Below are positions 41,963-54,199 of a DNA stretch of 64,000 nt, one piece after another; position 1 is the first letter of the stretch, and each line of letters opens with the position of its first letter. The stretch is from Balanoglossus misakiensis (taxonomy: Eukaryota; Animalia; Hemichordata). The notes under the pieces were generated by a model that was not told the origin of the DNA, did not search any database, and worked only from the letters and a program-made list of their open reading frames with translations. The stretch lies in NCBI GenBank assembly GCA_040954595.2, contig CM082598.2, positions 186,001-250,000 on the forward strand, in the 5' to 3' direction. The translations under genes were made by a program, and so were the position numbers.

Positions 41963-43118
41963 AGGAATTAAATTTTGGTGTTAGTGCTCACAAAAATTAT
42001 TTTTAGATGTACACACATTATTACACATTCTGTCTGTCTGTTCAACTTTCTTCTAAATTAAAATTATATGCTGATCGTGCAATAGACATGTATGTGATTT
42101 GTAAACCTTGTTTCTCAAGAAAAGATCAACAAATAAATGGACTTTGAAACCTTTTAAGAAGTAGACTGTATCATCAACATGTTGAAAAGGGAATGTTGCT
42201 TTTTTTGAGAAATATATCGCACCCGTTTTCATAACTTCTTGGCCCATTGTTACATACACTCTCCTCTGATTTGCTGATCATTTTTATGTATCATTAAAGG
42301 ATAGAGAATTTGAAAGTGCGACTCTTTGGCTAGGTTTGTTTTCCGATTTCTACTTTGAGTAGACAACTGCAACCGATCGTCTTCCCCTAGGGTCTTCTCC
42401 GACAATGCACGACGTGACATACATACAATCTCTGAAATGCCTCCAAGAAAACATGTTATCGATGAAAAAGGGTCTTTCATTTTTTCTGATTAAATGCCAA
42501 AAGCTCACTCCACGAATCAGACTGATTTGTTACTTTCTAGTTGAGTGCTTTAGACATTTTTGACTCGGAGGTAGACAAAATGAATAACCTTTGTACATCT
42601 CTCGTACATTAAAGACATACGGCGTCGGGTGTCAACACGATTCATCCTTTGAACCATCTTCCGACGAATTAGTTTTATCACGATAATGCATATACATTTA
42701 TCCTTCCTTGGAAATTGTTTTGAAGAAATAACGTCGCGCAAAGAAAGAACAATTGCGAACACATACGAGTGAAATCCCCTGTGTACATGTATTATACATC
42801 ACGGATACCAATTCCTGAACTTCCATCGGAGAAATGTTTTTAGGAGCTCACATATTTGTCCGGAGTTGTGAAACCTCAAACAGATTGAAAGACATATCAG
42901 CTGCAAGGTTTTTACATTTTTTACCTCAAAATTTCTTTTCAATATATGTACAACTTGAGAAGTCTATAACTGCATTGTTATAATGCGCTGGTAATATTTC
43001 CATCGTGTTCGCTTTTATCGAGAAAAAAACAAGTTGTACCCGAATTCTGCTTCGTCCAGCGCATTGAGCTATACATTTAAAAAAACACATTAGTGTGGAC
43101 GTTGTTTCTTTGTATGGT

Positions 43119-43201
43119 GTTGTCATGACAACGTGGTCATACTCTTACATACAGACATCCGGCAGGTGTCTCCGCGCGGCATTTTATGTTGTCTAGGTGA
43201 T
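43119..43201. promoter_or_regulatory. RFX X-box-like motifs upstream of the large disordered-protein gene
   Basis: Palindrome GTTGTCATGACAAC (43119-43132) and GTTGTCTAGGTGAT (43188-43201). Confidence 0.4.
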
Positions 43202-43815
43202 TTAAAAAGGCTGTGACGTATTTATGATGTTGGCTATACTCAGAAAATATTACGATACCCTCAAATTATTTATATAAAATGAGCTGAATGTCATCAATGG
43301 AAGTTAAATCTGCCAGAATGAAAATTCCCATCCTCTAGCGCGCACCAAACCCAAAATACATTCGTGTTTGAGTTTTTGTATGTTTCGTATATTTGTCTTA
43401 TTCCTTCTTTACGAAGTTCGTCAGAAGCAAACCCATTAAAATTTCAAGTACGAAATCTGGGTTGGTCAACAAATATAAACTTCCACATGTCACAACGTTT
43501 TCTACGACCATTTAATTATTTATAGCAGTTGGCGGGCACTCAAGCGACAAAATCCGTACATATTGTGTTACCACTTTGTTGTCATTGACATCACATTGGC
43601 AACATACGACAGATTGGCGTAAATAATTTCAGAAGACGTTCGACTGAGTGGTCGTCAAACTTGTAGCAAGAACGACAGTGTCAATTCATACCAGAATAGT
43701 ATATACTTACGCCGAAACTTAATATCAGCGAGGCAGATATCTGACATAGCGAATGATTTTATTTCGGTCTTTCTAGTGTACGTGAGGACGGATCAAAATA
43801 ACAAGGATATCGATC

Positions 43816-43829
43816 ATGACGTCACGAAG
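43816..43829 (+). CDS. Putative first coding micro-exon (MTSRR) of the large protein
   Basis: ATGACGTCACGAAG|GTGAGA is phase 2 and fits the acceptor ttggtacag| at 44500. Confidence 0.35.
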
Positions 43830-44636
43830 GTGAGAAATAAGATATATTTGGTTTGCCTATGCCCGGTGTAATGGTCGGGGTATAATTTTTGTATTGATAT
43901 CTCGACAGTTCAGCATACCGATCTGAAGGGGTGTAAGCTGTACTATGATATCATTTTGTTTTCAAATTTGAAAGGGCCAAGGATTTGTAAGTTTGAATGT
44001 GGGATGGACATCCATACGCGCTGTTGACACTTTGGAAATCTGATTCCCGTTGTCAAGGATATCGGGAGCTGTTGTATAAATTCAAGTTGAAAGTCATGAA
44101 GTCACTCCATCAAATTCTCACCTGAGGGGGTCACAGCATCTCATTTTTCAGCACAAAGATCCCTTTGCCATTTTCATCAAACTCGATATCCATGGCTAAC
44201 ACAGCATGAATTGAAACCTGATTCCGTGTTTGACTGCAAACTATATCCGAGAATCAAACACCGTTCTCTTCCTTCGAGCAGGAATGATTACTGTATTCTG
44301 AGAGGCATGAGTAACACAAAAGTGAATTTTGAAAGTATGTGAATGGTGCTCAAGAGATTTATCACAGTTCAAGGCTTAATGACTGTGTGTACCAATGACA
44401 TTGAACATCTGAATCACCATAAATTTGTCTCTCAACTCCGTCCGTCTGTCTGTCTGTACTTCTTTCATATATATATATTTGTATTTTGATCTTGGTACAG
44501 ATATAAAGAAGTAAGGCGGCTAAGTATGCAAATGTTCAAGACTTTGGAACAGGCAAGCCTAATTCTGTTCTGGATCATACTATAAACACAGACCATAATA
44601 TAAATAACCATCGGAATTCCACATGAACTGACAGAT

Positions 44637-47600
44637 ATGATCTCACAGCAGAAACTTCTCCATAATCGTTATGATGATGATGGCGCTGAGCTCGATGAAA
44701 GTTTTGGTTTGCAGACAAAATCTGTTCTCCGCGACAAACAGAAACTGGTTTGTCCCAGTTTAACGGACATAAAATCAAAACTGGCTGTAGATGCGATAAA
44801 CATTCTCAAGTATCGAGCAGCTGTCGGCAATGAAAGTCCGGTGTACTTGTACGAAAAGTTCTACGGAAAAGTTTTTAAAAGAAGGGGTGTTAAGTGTTCT
44901 CCTGTTCAAAGCAAATTTCTAAATACGTATGAGAAACACCGAAATCTGATGCGAGATGTCAAGAATAATCGTGGTTTACTCGAAAGAAGTTGCCGGGCTT
45001 TATCAACCGATAAGTTTACAGACTTGAGGATATCGATCACAATTAGTGAGACTGACCAATCAGAATGGAACACTGCAGCTGACTATGATGACAATACCTC
45101 GCCACCGACCACGGATTTCGACACAGTGCAACGTTCTGACAGATCATCTGCTCATTCACTTTGTAACGATGATGTGTCTGAGGGCGAACTTCTTTCAAAC
45201 ATACGTCATGCATCATCTTCTAATCCTGATCCAAGAATACGCCGATTCTCGGGGAACCCTGCAGTTGCAGAAACCAAGGTTGAAGATGCTGAATGCATCA
45301 AGAAACGAACTGAATCGCAGATAGCTTCAAAAGTAAAACATCCCACACTGTCAGACGACTCTTGGTCCCTTGGTGACGCCAGAAGACGGAGAATTAGAAG
45401 ACTGAGACCACAATGTGTATCCTGTAATGTCAGTCAAGCAACAACTATTGACAACAGCAAAGTTCACACTGACAGTCAGAACAAGTTTCTGTCCTCATCG
45501 CCATCATCTGCATCATCAGATAATGATGGAGACTTGAATCAGCGTAACAGTGAATCATTTCGGAATCGTAGAAGTGAAAGTACTCTAATGTCGAAGAAAG
45601 AATTATCAGGTCGTGAGTCCAATCATGAAAACGAAATAAATCCACAAGATGCTGCTGAGCATGAAGAACCAGTAGCGTTAAATGACACAAACAAGTTGGC
45701 AGACGGGAAAGAATCGTTAGAAACAGAAACACGGTTATTATTTGATGGTGATGGAGTAAACGATTCATTTCATGAAATCGACTCTGATAAACAGACCAAC
45801 CACCAGGACAGTTCACATGATTCAAACTTGGACACTCCATCTCCTGTTGCTGTGGTTACAAGGAAATTAAAACGCGTAGCTAATGAGCGGGATAAACATT
45901 TACCCCGTCGTAAGTGTGTCGTCCAGGTTGATGGAGGATTTAGACAATCATCTTCTTGTAGGAGAGAACAACCAAACAGCAAAACTATTTGCGAAAATCA
46001 AAACGAGAAAGTTCCCGTTGCTCAGAGCACGCGGAAGAATTCCAACGGTGAAGCGGTCAAAGCCAAATTCGATCGGCAACTGCAAAAGGAGCTTGATGAA
46101 GAACTTCACATAAAAACGCGTAGTTCATCCAATGATAGTCTTGGGCGAGTCGATTCATCCAACACGATTGTGGATGTAGAGACTAGCGGAGGAAGAAACA
46201 CTCAATGTGATAATGTTCCAGAGACGTCTGAGGTGGGTTCCGAGAATGAGGATGTTGAAAAGAGAACCCTCGGGGGCACTACAACTGCAATGGCTGGAAA
46301 ACCTGAAGGTGGTTCTGGTTCCAGTCCATCTATTGGATTTGCAAGTCCATCAGATGAATCTGACCTAGATAGATTAGAGTTTGGAGAACGAGCCTACATT
46401 GTCAGTCAAGCAGGCACCACAGAAATAGAAGAGTTGCTTGTCAAAAGGACAGAGTCTGGTTTACATTACGATATTGGCAGAAGCTATGAGAGTACACCAC
46501 GTGACTTACTACAGTCACACAATGCAGATAACAAGCAAACTACTAACGCTGAAAAAATCCAAAATCATTCCAGTCGCAAGAACAGCCTGAGAGACCATAC
46601 AGAATCGTTGACGTCAAATGTTCAGGTCACAAACGATAGATATAATGAAAAGATCGGAAATGGGGGTGTAATTTTCAAAGAACTTCAAGCATTGGATCAT
46701 GTTCAAAATGACATTAAATCAAATAATGAAGACGATAGAAACAGCGAGTCCAAAAATGCCGAAGTAAAAGGAATACTGACGTGGCCAAAACAGACACCCT
46801 CAGTGGTGAAAAGAAGACTAGTTTTCAGAGCGAAAGAGGAATCTCCTGTCTATGGTGTAAGAAGTGTAAGAATATTACTGAAGAAAAGAGATAAAATCAC
46901 ATATCATTTAGGAAAACCAGAAAATCTTGAAGACTTGGAACCCAAGCGCGAAGCTTTGAAAAATCCGAGTGGACAAGAGTCCAGGCATGAACTTCACATA
47001 CCTCCCATTCCTCGTCAAGGTGGGAAAACTTTGAAAGCAACGAAGAGGAGAGAAGTGGTGAAGAAAGAACAAGCCACGGAAAGAAAGACTTTAAGGAAAC
47101 CAGCCGCTTGGAGATTGAATCTGCAACAAGATAAAGACAAACGAGGACTTCCTACTTTGTCAGACATTTTGAAATTGTTAAGTGAAACCAGTGAAGAACT
47201 AGCCAAGCTACAGAAAGGCGAAATGGGAGTTGATAATCTCCACGCCGACGACAATCCGTCTGATGAAAATAACGGAGACATAAATTCAGAAGAAACACCG
47301 CTAACAGTCAACAAAAGCACCATTGTACGAGACACACCACTTTCTCACTTGGATATCAACTCTGAAAAAACTAGTAGAGAAACGAAAAAGAACGAAGAAT
47401 TTGAAAAATCAAAAGGCGACGTAAAATTGCAAATAGACCCCCAAACGCAGAGGGAAGAATCGGCGTCGCTTGAAGATCAACGTAAAGGAAAACACATGAG
47501 TGTGAGCATATCTGTCAGTGACTTTGATACTTCGACACTTTTGCCATCTGGCCTACTACTGAAAAGTGTTACTTCTCCTCCTCCGCCCATGGGAGATAGC

Positions 47601-48206
47601 AGAAGGTCAAGTATGTCATCGTTAAGGGCACTGACACCAATGGTAGCGCATACAGTGGAAGACTTTACAGAGCAGATTCGACAAAGAATTGCCGAGCAAC
47701 AAGAAGCAGCCGAGAAAGAAGCGAAAGACAGAGCAAAGTTGATCGGGCGAAAAGACAGAAAACCACCGCTCAGGGGATCTATTATCCCGTCTTACGTGAA
47801 GAAGCTACTTTCACGACCTGACGATGAAATCAAAGATCCTCGAGCTCGTGGTCTTCTCGATACAATGAAACCAAAAGTAATGAGAAAAAGACCGGGACAA
47901 AAGCCCGATATTCAAATTGTTGTGCAACCACCGAATGACTCGGACAAGACTGACAAATGTAATGAAAATGAAACTTTAGGCCAAGTGTCCAATGGCGCTT
48001 TAATTTTGCATCTACCTCCGCTTACTCCCGTGAGACGGTTGCAAGTGGAGGCAAGAATGCAAACGTTGCAAGACTTCGAGGATCTCGAACAGATTTCTTC
48101 AGACATGGATCTTCAGGAAATCGGTAGCGAAGTCATCATCCAAAACGGCTCTTTGTATCGCCGACTGAAGAACTCCATAGACACAGTCGGGTCAATCCGA
48201 AAATAA
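44637..48206 (+). CDS. Uncharacterised ~1190-aa protein, largely low-complexity/disordered (S, E, K, D, N, R rich), single giant exon
   Basis: A 3.57-kb uninterrupted ORF is far too long for chance; no recognisable domain. The real exon start is probably the acceptor ctcacag| at 44648/44649. Confidence 0.85.
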   Translation: MISQQKLLHNRYDDDGAELDESFGLQTKSVLRDKQKLVCPSLTDIKSKLAVDAINILKYRAAVGNESPVYLYEKFYGKVFKRRGVKCSPVQSKFLNTYEKHRNLMRDVKNNRGLLERSCRALSTDKFTDLRISITISETDQSEWNTAADYDDNTSPPTTDFDTVQRSDRSSAHSLCNDDVSEGELLSNIRHASSSNPDPRIRRFSGNPAVAETKVEDAECIKKRTESQIASKVKHPTLSDDSWSLGDARRRRIRRLRPQCVSCNVSQATTIDNSKVHTDSQNKFLSSSPSSASSDNDGDLNQRNSESFRNRRSESTLMSKKELSGRESNHENEINPQDAAEHEEPVALNDTNKLADGKESLETETRLLFDGDGVNDSFHEIDSDKQTNHQDSSHDSNLDTPSPVAVVTRKLKRVANERDKHLPRRKCVVQVDGGFRQSSSCRREQPNSKTICENQNEKVPVAQSTRKNSNGEAVKAKFDRQLQKELDEELHIKTRSSSNDSLGRVDSSNTIVDVETSGGRNTQCDNVPETSEVGSENEDVEKRTLGGTTTAMAGKPEGGSGSSPSIGFASPSDESDLDRLEFGERAYIVSQAGTTEIEELLVKRTESGLHYDIGRSYESTPRDLLQSHNADNKQTTNAEKIQNHSSRKNSLRDHTESLTSNVQVTNDRYNEKIGNGGVIFKELQALDHVQNDIKSNNEDDRNSESKNAEVKGILTWPKQTPSVVKRRLVFRAKEESPVYGVRSVRILLKKRDKITYHLGKPENLEDLEPKREALKNPSGQESRHELHIPPIPRQGGKTLKATKRREVVKKEQATERKTLRKPAAWRLNLQQDKDKRGLPTLSDILKLLSETSEELAKLQKGEMGVDNLHADDNPSDENNGDINSEETPLTVNKSTIVRDTPLSHLDINSEKTSRETKKNEEFEKSKGDVKLQIDPQTQREESASLEDQRKGKHMSVSISVSDFDTSTLLPSGLLLKSVTSPPPPMGDSRRSSMSSLRALTPMVAHTVEDFTEQIRQRIAEQQEAAEKEAKDRAKLIGRKDRKPPLRGSIIPSYVKKLLSRPDDEIKDPRARGLLDTMKPKVMRKRPGQKPDIQIVVQPPNDSDKTDKCNENETLGQVSNGALILHLPPLTPVRRLQVEARMQTLQDFEDLEQISSDMDLQEIGSEVIIQNGSLYRRLKNSIDTVGSIRK

Positions 48207-48632
48207 AGGCAATGAGCCAAGCCAACACCACGTGACTTGGAGATGAGAAGTTACCGACAATCAGATAATGAGACAAAACATTCAACGATGAGTTTCCTGA
48301 TGGTTGATGGCTTGTACAATGATTTTGTAATTTTCCGGCTTATGGTGAATGGTTCGCATTTTAAAATGAATTTATAGCTTTGTACTTCACGATGGAGTCA
48401 GTAATACACATTTTAAAAATCGCGTCAAGGACACGGTGGTCCCATTGAGTTATTACACAAGAAAAAGTCTACACCGGAGTACATGGCCATATACAGACAG
48501 ACAGACAGACACACATAGCGAGAGATCAATGGGCAAGCACTGACTGGCCCATAAGCTGCCAATGGTATATGTACTGTACATACACTAAATAGAACAGCCG
48601 GCCTCTTTAAAACTTAGCCAGTTATGTAATCA

Positions 48633-48805
48633 TTCACCGAAGTAGTAAATAACAGGTGTGCACATATCAATATGCAAATGAAAAAGAACTGACCCCATTC
48701 TATTGTGTATTCCTGACGAAGGCTCCGGCCTGTCGCGACTTCGCACTGACCATCAATGACGTGACGTCCGAACTCGATGCCCACCAAACCTTTGATTTCA
48801 TTTTC
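48633..48805. repeat. Dispersed repeat copy 2, within a 233-bp insertion (48614-48846)
   Basis: Homologous to 39592-39744 and absent from the paralogous block at 50830-50850. Confidence 0.85.
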
Positions 48806-49188
48806 ATTTAAATCAATCACACCAGGAACCTCCTGCCTAATTAAACAACTCAATAAAGTAAATACACACCACTTTGCAAAGCAATCTGACCAGTACTTCT
48901 TGAGTTACTGAGTTTTGACCAAATTCCCAACAACAACAATCTAATATCGGACTGTCGACACAGAGATCTGATGGGACGACGATGAATGCCTAGATGAACT
49001 GTATGGCTCTCAAATCACATCAAAGAAGGCGATACAAAAGCTTGGGGTGTGTTGCACTGACCTGCGTTAACAGATCCCGTGAGGAGTACGGTGCCCAGAG
49101 CGCTAACACATCCCCAATACAAACTCATGGACACAAACTGTTTACATTTCTAGGTCCAAAATTTAACTACAGTGAGACAAAACTGTTA

Positions 49189-49994
49189 GGCTGCATTCAC
49201 AAACACCTCTGGAGGGGGGGGGGCGGGAGAATTGAGGGGGGGGATTTGAAAAAATTGAGGGTATGTAAGGGGGGGGATTTGAAATAATTTAGGGACTGAA
49301 AGGGGGGGACTTGAAAACTTTAACAACTAAATATTTATTTTGAGTCCACAAAAATGCAGTTTCGCGCCCTTTATTTTACAAAATTTTCTAATGTGGGAGG
49401 GGGACACCCCCTCCCACACCCACCCCCTCCATTCATCAACACCTTTCAATCATTGACTGGTTTATCTAGCGTCCCAGATCAGGGGACTTGCCCCACCCCA
49501 TGATAACTTTGAGCGGCGACGGTTAAATTTGTCCTTCCCAACATACCGGTAGTTGAGTTAATTTGCTTTTGCCGGGTTCATTAAAATGCAACTTTGAGCT
49601 ATGTATTTTAGAAAATTTTCTTACGTGGGAGGGGGACACCCCCTCCCAAACCCACCCCCTTCAATTCTCGGTTTACAATGTCTCCCAACACAGAATACAA
49701 ATATATGTACTAAAAAAATAAAAACAATGTTCAGTTTTAATACCCATTGATGAGGGGAAACATCAGCTTCAAATTCTTTTCATGGGAGCGCTGTTTTTCT
49801 TTTTACAAGATAGATAGGTGATGTGTTTTGCTCTGTGAAAGAAAATGGGGGGGGGGGATTTCAAAATTTTGGCAGTTCGGAAGGGGGGGATTTGAAAATA
49901 TTGGCAGTTCGGAAGGGGGGCGTGTGAAAATTAGCGGTAAAAAAAATTGAATTCTCCCGCCCCCCCCCCTCCAGAGGTGTTTGTGAATGCAGCC
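49189..49994. mobile_element. PIF/Harbinger (Tourist-like) MITE, 806 bp, TTA target-site duplication
   Basis: TIRs of ~45 bp (GGCTGCATTCACAAACACCTCTGGAGGGG... / ...CCTCCAGAGGTGTTTGTGAATGCAGCC) flanked by TTA on both sides. The empty site aactgTTAggctgttctcat is present at 50431-50450. Confidence 0.92.
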
Positions 49995-50450
49995 TTAGGC
50001 TGTTCTCATATTTAAATCAAGCATTGAAATGCAAAATAAAGTGTTAAAATGCAAATTAAGACCGACAGGAGTGGTTCTTTTTTTCTCCAATGAAGTTCAA
50101 CTTTGCTGAATGGGCAAACACTGACTGACCCATGACGATCCCATTGTTGTTGGGTCCCATTGGTATGTAAATTGGGACCCAACAACAATCTAATATCGGA
50201 CTGTCGACACAGAGATCTGATGAGACGATGAATGCCAAGATGAACTGTATGGCTCTCAAATCACATCAAAAGAAGGCGACACATAAGCTTGGGGTGTGTT
50301 GCAACTGACCTGCGTTAACAGATCCCGTGAGGAGTACGGTGCCCAGAGCGCTAACACATTCCCAAATACGAACTCATGGACACAAACTATTTACATTACT
50401 AGGTCCAAAACTTTAACTACAGTGAGACAAAACTGTTAGGCTGTTCTCAT

Positions 50451-50645
50451 TAGAATTAGTTAATTTATATAGCGAAGTGTCAACGAAAACCATTATCCAA
50501 TCCGCTTTACAATAAATACATAGTAAGAAAATGAGAACATGTTACCAGAAAGAAGAGAAAAATACGTATAACCTCAAATGAAAATATACAAATAGTGTCC
50601 ATACTACAAAGTGCTAACAGTTCAGCGTGAAATAGACCCAAACGG
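50451..50645 (-). mobile_element. 5'-truncated non-LTR retroelement 3' end (L2/CR1-clade LINE or SINE-like) with 9-bp TSD
   Basis: Flanked by TGTTCTCAT at 50442 and 50646 and absent from the paralogous copy at ~50001. The minus strand ends TGTAAAGCG...CGCTATATAAAT followed by short AT-rich repeats. Confidence 0.65.
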
Positions 50646-51310
50646 TGTTCTCATATTTAAATCAAGTATTGAAATGCAAAATAAAGTGTTAAAATGCAAA
50701 TTAAGACCGACGGGAGTGGTTCTTCTTTTCTCCAATGAAGTTCAACTTTGCTCAATGGGCAAACACTGACTGACCCATAAGCTGCCAATGGTATATGTAC
50801 TGTACATACACTAAATAGAACAGCTGGCCTCTTTAAAACAACTCAATAAAGTAAATACAAACCACTTTGCAAAGCAATCTGACCAGTAGTTCTTGAGTTA
50901 CTGAGTTTTGACCAAATTCACATTTTCCAGCTAATTTGCATATTTTTGGCAACGACAACTTCATTTGAACAAACTCCCATCTACAGCCCAGCCTGCATCA
51001 GCACACCAAATATCAAAGTGATACACGCAGCGGTTTTCAAGTTTTTGATGTGGGCGGACATACAGACATACATCCATCCATACATACATACATCCATACA
51101 TACATACAGACGCAACCGATCCCATAAGGTCCCATGGTACATACCAATGGGACCTAAAAATCATCTTGCATACGGCTACATGAGATAAATGTTCATTTTA
51201 GGTGTTTATAATGTTCTTATCTGAGAAAAAGATTAATGCCAGCGAAAAATGAAAAGTAGCAAAATGTGGAGTAATTATAAAATTCCACTGAATACATATA
51301 AATGAATGAT

Positions 51311-51965
51311 TTATTCCATGATAACTGTCATTGTGTTCCCTGTACTTCTACCAGAAAGTCCCGTCACTTCACTCAGTCTACTCTTCTTCTCGTGTTGTGT
51401 TTTTCTCAGTCTTGGCAAACTTTTCAAGATTTTTATCGGGTCCGTTTCAAAGGGCATGTCGGTGGAACTGTACTTGGAGCAAACACTACAATTACAGTAT
51501 AGTTTCGGAAGTAACTTTTCCGCCAGAAATGGCGCCACCAAACTGGATGCAGTCATTTCTGTGTGTGGAAATATTTCCTTGTGATATTCTTCTACCATTC
51601 TCCTGTTACAGATTTCAGTACAGGCATTGCAACATTTTGGACCTAAAACATCACAATAATGACCGATTGAACCGTATTTGTTGGGACATCCGAAATTACG
51701 CAACAGGGTTGGATATCGTTTGGTCGTCAAATATGTTTTTCCACGGACACCTTGATGATACCAATTGACCTCTTCCGAGAGTGCGCTTTTCTGCCTCGTT
51801 TTCGGTCTGTAGTGGTATAATCTATCTTGGGTTGGGTGAGCACTTCCGGTCACGTGAGGTGTGGTTGCCCCCGTTGCTTTCCTCACGTATTTCTTTTCTT
51901 CTCTGAACCCAATATCAAATCGAATTTGTGACTTTGCAGTCACGACATTGCCATGGCTATCCCAC
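51311..51965 (-). CDS. Uncharacterised Cys-rich-domain protein A, last coding exon
   Basis: ORF contains CP..YC.VLGPK.C..C...NR...EEYH...FP...LVAP.LA..LL, shared with 53380-54199. Acceptor ttttaattcccag|G at 51966/51965 is phase 2. Confidence 0.8.
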
Positions 51966-52102
51966 CTGGGAATTAAAACATAGTCAAAATGTTTTGATAA
52001 CCAGTCCGTTAGGATATTTCCGTGCGCCAAATCGTCACTTTAGCCATCCATTAATCTTTTGAACGTATATTACATTATTTCAAAATATTTTTTATAACGT
52101 AC

Positions 52103-52302
52103 CGGTATTTATCATCTCTGTAGTTGTATATGGAGAATTTATCCAGAAGATTTTCTCTTGGATTTCGAGCGTATCGGTAAACCCAAGATTTCTGCGTTTC
52201 AAGCACTGACTTGACAGGTTTTCTTGAATAGTATGTCTCTTGTGGGAAAACCCTCCTACGCTCTGGTTTCCATTCTGACATGAATGGGTGATTCAATGGC
52301 AT
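52103..52302 (-). CDS. Cys-rich-domain protein A, first coding exon
   Basis: ATG at 52302 (MPLNHPF) with an in-frame stop upstream. Donor CG|GTACGT at 52103/52102 is phase 2; the spliced product is about 284 aa. Confidence 0.65.
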
Positions 52303-52986
52303 GATTGCTTCCAGTGGCACAGTGTCTTCTAATTTAACAGATTTTTCGGTCGCTTGATGATTTAGGGCTCACGTGTCTGATCTGAAATCATTGATTCATG
52401 ATTTGTTTAAAATCAGCATGAAAATAAAGACACTCAACAACGACAACAACACACTGTCTAAGAAGAAATACTTTGCCGGGACACCCCGTGACTACAAGAA
52501 AGAATTTGAAAAAATAGAAAACATACCAAGAAGAGCATAACTTATTTAGAAATGGATTCAATTTTTTATTACATTCGCCAATTCACAAGTGGACGCTTTA
52601 TACCAGACATGTACTTATCGATCGATCGGTCGACAAACCTAGCCTGTTCTCCATTTTAGAACTGTTGTTTTAATACTAGATTGTTTAGTTCTCCATTGTA
52701 TATTTTCATTTTAGGATAGAAATAAGACTTCTCTATTTTCGATCATCGAACTACTTTCACACGACTTATAGCAGTAGATTCATAACATTTTTGTCCATGT
52801 GCTTCTTTCATTAAAATAGATAGTACACAGTACTTAATGTTTGATGTTTCGTACTATTGTTTGTGCAGACTTGGAATGAACTGCGACTAAACATACACTG
52901 TACATCTGATGTCGCAACCCCAAACATTACACATTCTCATACATGAAAGTTCTTACCATATGTCATCAGTTAGGAAGGTCATCGTG

Positions 52987-53010
52987 TGACGTCATAGTAT
53001 CCTTGGTAAC
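52987..53010. promoter_or_regulatory. Adjacent CRE (TGACGTCA) and X-box-like (GTATCCTTGGTAAC) motifs upstream of protein A
   Basis: A perfect CRE at 52987-52994 and an X-box-like 14-mer at 52997-53010. Confidence 0.45.
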
Positions 53011-53379
53011 ATTGGAAGGAATATGTGAGCATTTGTGATGAAGCACGGTGTTGAAGACGGGGTGGTCTTTTTCCAAAATACCTGGAAGTGTGTCACGTGA
53101 TGTGCAAGTGTGTCACTAAGGACCAAATCTTTCTTTTATATAATGGCTGTCCAATCGATGATGTCATCGATTGGAGCGCCACCTGTTGCACTAATACGTA
53201 AAACCCACAATCACGTGACAAAGGTACCGTAGACGCTTTCAATCACGTGAACAACCCCAGCTGCAGGTATTGATTTTGTCACAACTACATCATATTTATG
53301 AGTCTTTCTAAACATTACACCCAGTAGTTTTAATTATCACAGAACACTTCAGTGGAAACTAAACAGTCGTCATTTTGAC

Positions 53380-54199
53380 TTACAAAATAAACATTTTACA
53401 TGAATCGCAAATTTTAAATCTTTGTCTGTTCTCGGCTTCATAAGGCAGCTTATCCAAACGATCGCTTTTTAAACCCGAGTGTTCCGCTAGAGGCGATTTC
53501 ACGGAGATTTCATGATGTCGACAAGACAGCGAAGCAACCGAAGTTTCTCCTTCTTGCTGAGGTTTTGTTATCTCAGGAGGTTCTTGAGATTTCGGGTTGC
53601 CTCCTTCATCACCATCTTGGCGAGAATTGGCCGAACTTGAACTATTCCGGCGCCGAACAAAAGGTTCTGGAGTGTACAGGTGAACGTTAGTGGGTCCAGA
53701 ATGTTGTCCTCTTTGCTTCTTGTCTTTATTATAAAATATGCTTCTTTTGTTCTTACAATGACATCTGGATTTATCGAGTAGTGTTTGTGCGAGTTGTGGA
53801 GCTACAAGACACGTTGTTGATACTTCAACAGTTGGAAAAGTGTCTCGATGATATTCTTCCATCAGTTTTCTGTTCGCCGTCGCCAGGCAACACATACACG
53901 CCTTTGGACCGAGTACTTCACAATATTGGCCGTAAATTTTGCCTCTGTGCGGACATGTTATATCCTTCATGACGTAAGGATACATGTTGGTGTTTAAAAC
54001 AATCTTTTCATTAGTTCCATCCAGGAAACAATTCATTTCAGTCTTGAGGCCACTTCTTGGTCTGCCATTATTACCACTGCTAAGGTCACGGTAACCATTG
54101 AGGTAGTCTTCGTTGCTAAGTTGAGGGAGAGGTGCCCATGTTACGCGTTTCACGCGCGCCCGCTCAGCAGTTCGGGATTTCATATTCACCGATGGGTAC
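53380..54199 (-). CDS. Uncharacterised Cys-rich-domain protein B, last coding exon (paralogue of A)
   Basis: CPHRGKIYGQYCEVLGPKACMCCLATANRKLMEEYHRDTFP..LVAPQLAQTLL and an RVTW motif. Acceptor cctttaaccccag|G at 54200/54199 is phase 2. Confidence 0.82.

Larger units (their letters stand above)
48527..51160 (+). mobile_element. Tandem/partial copies of a Helentron-associated (HINE/DINE-1/pearl-like) non-autonomous element
   Basis: Duplicated blocks 48527-48926 ~ 50754-50919 and 48927-50132 ~ 50178-50779. A 17-bp subterminal inverted repeat GGTCCCATTGGTATGTA (50153) / TACATACCAATGGGACC (51138); (ACAT/CCAT)n microsatellite at 51057-51110; 3' stem-loop 51127-51155 followed by an A-run. Confidence 0.7.
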
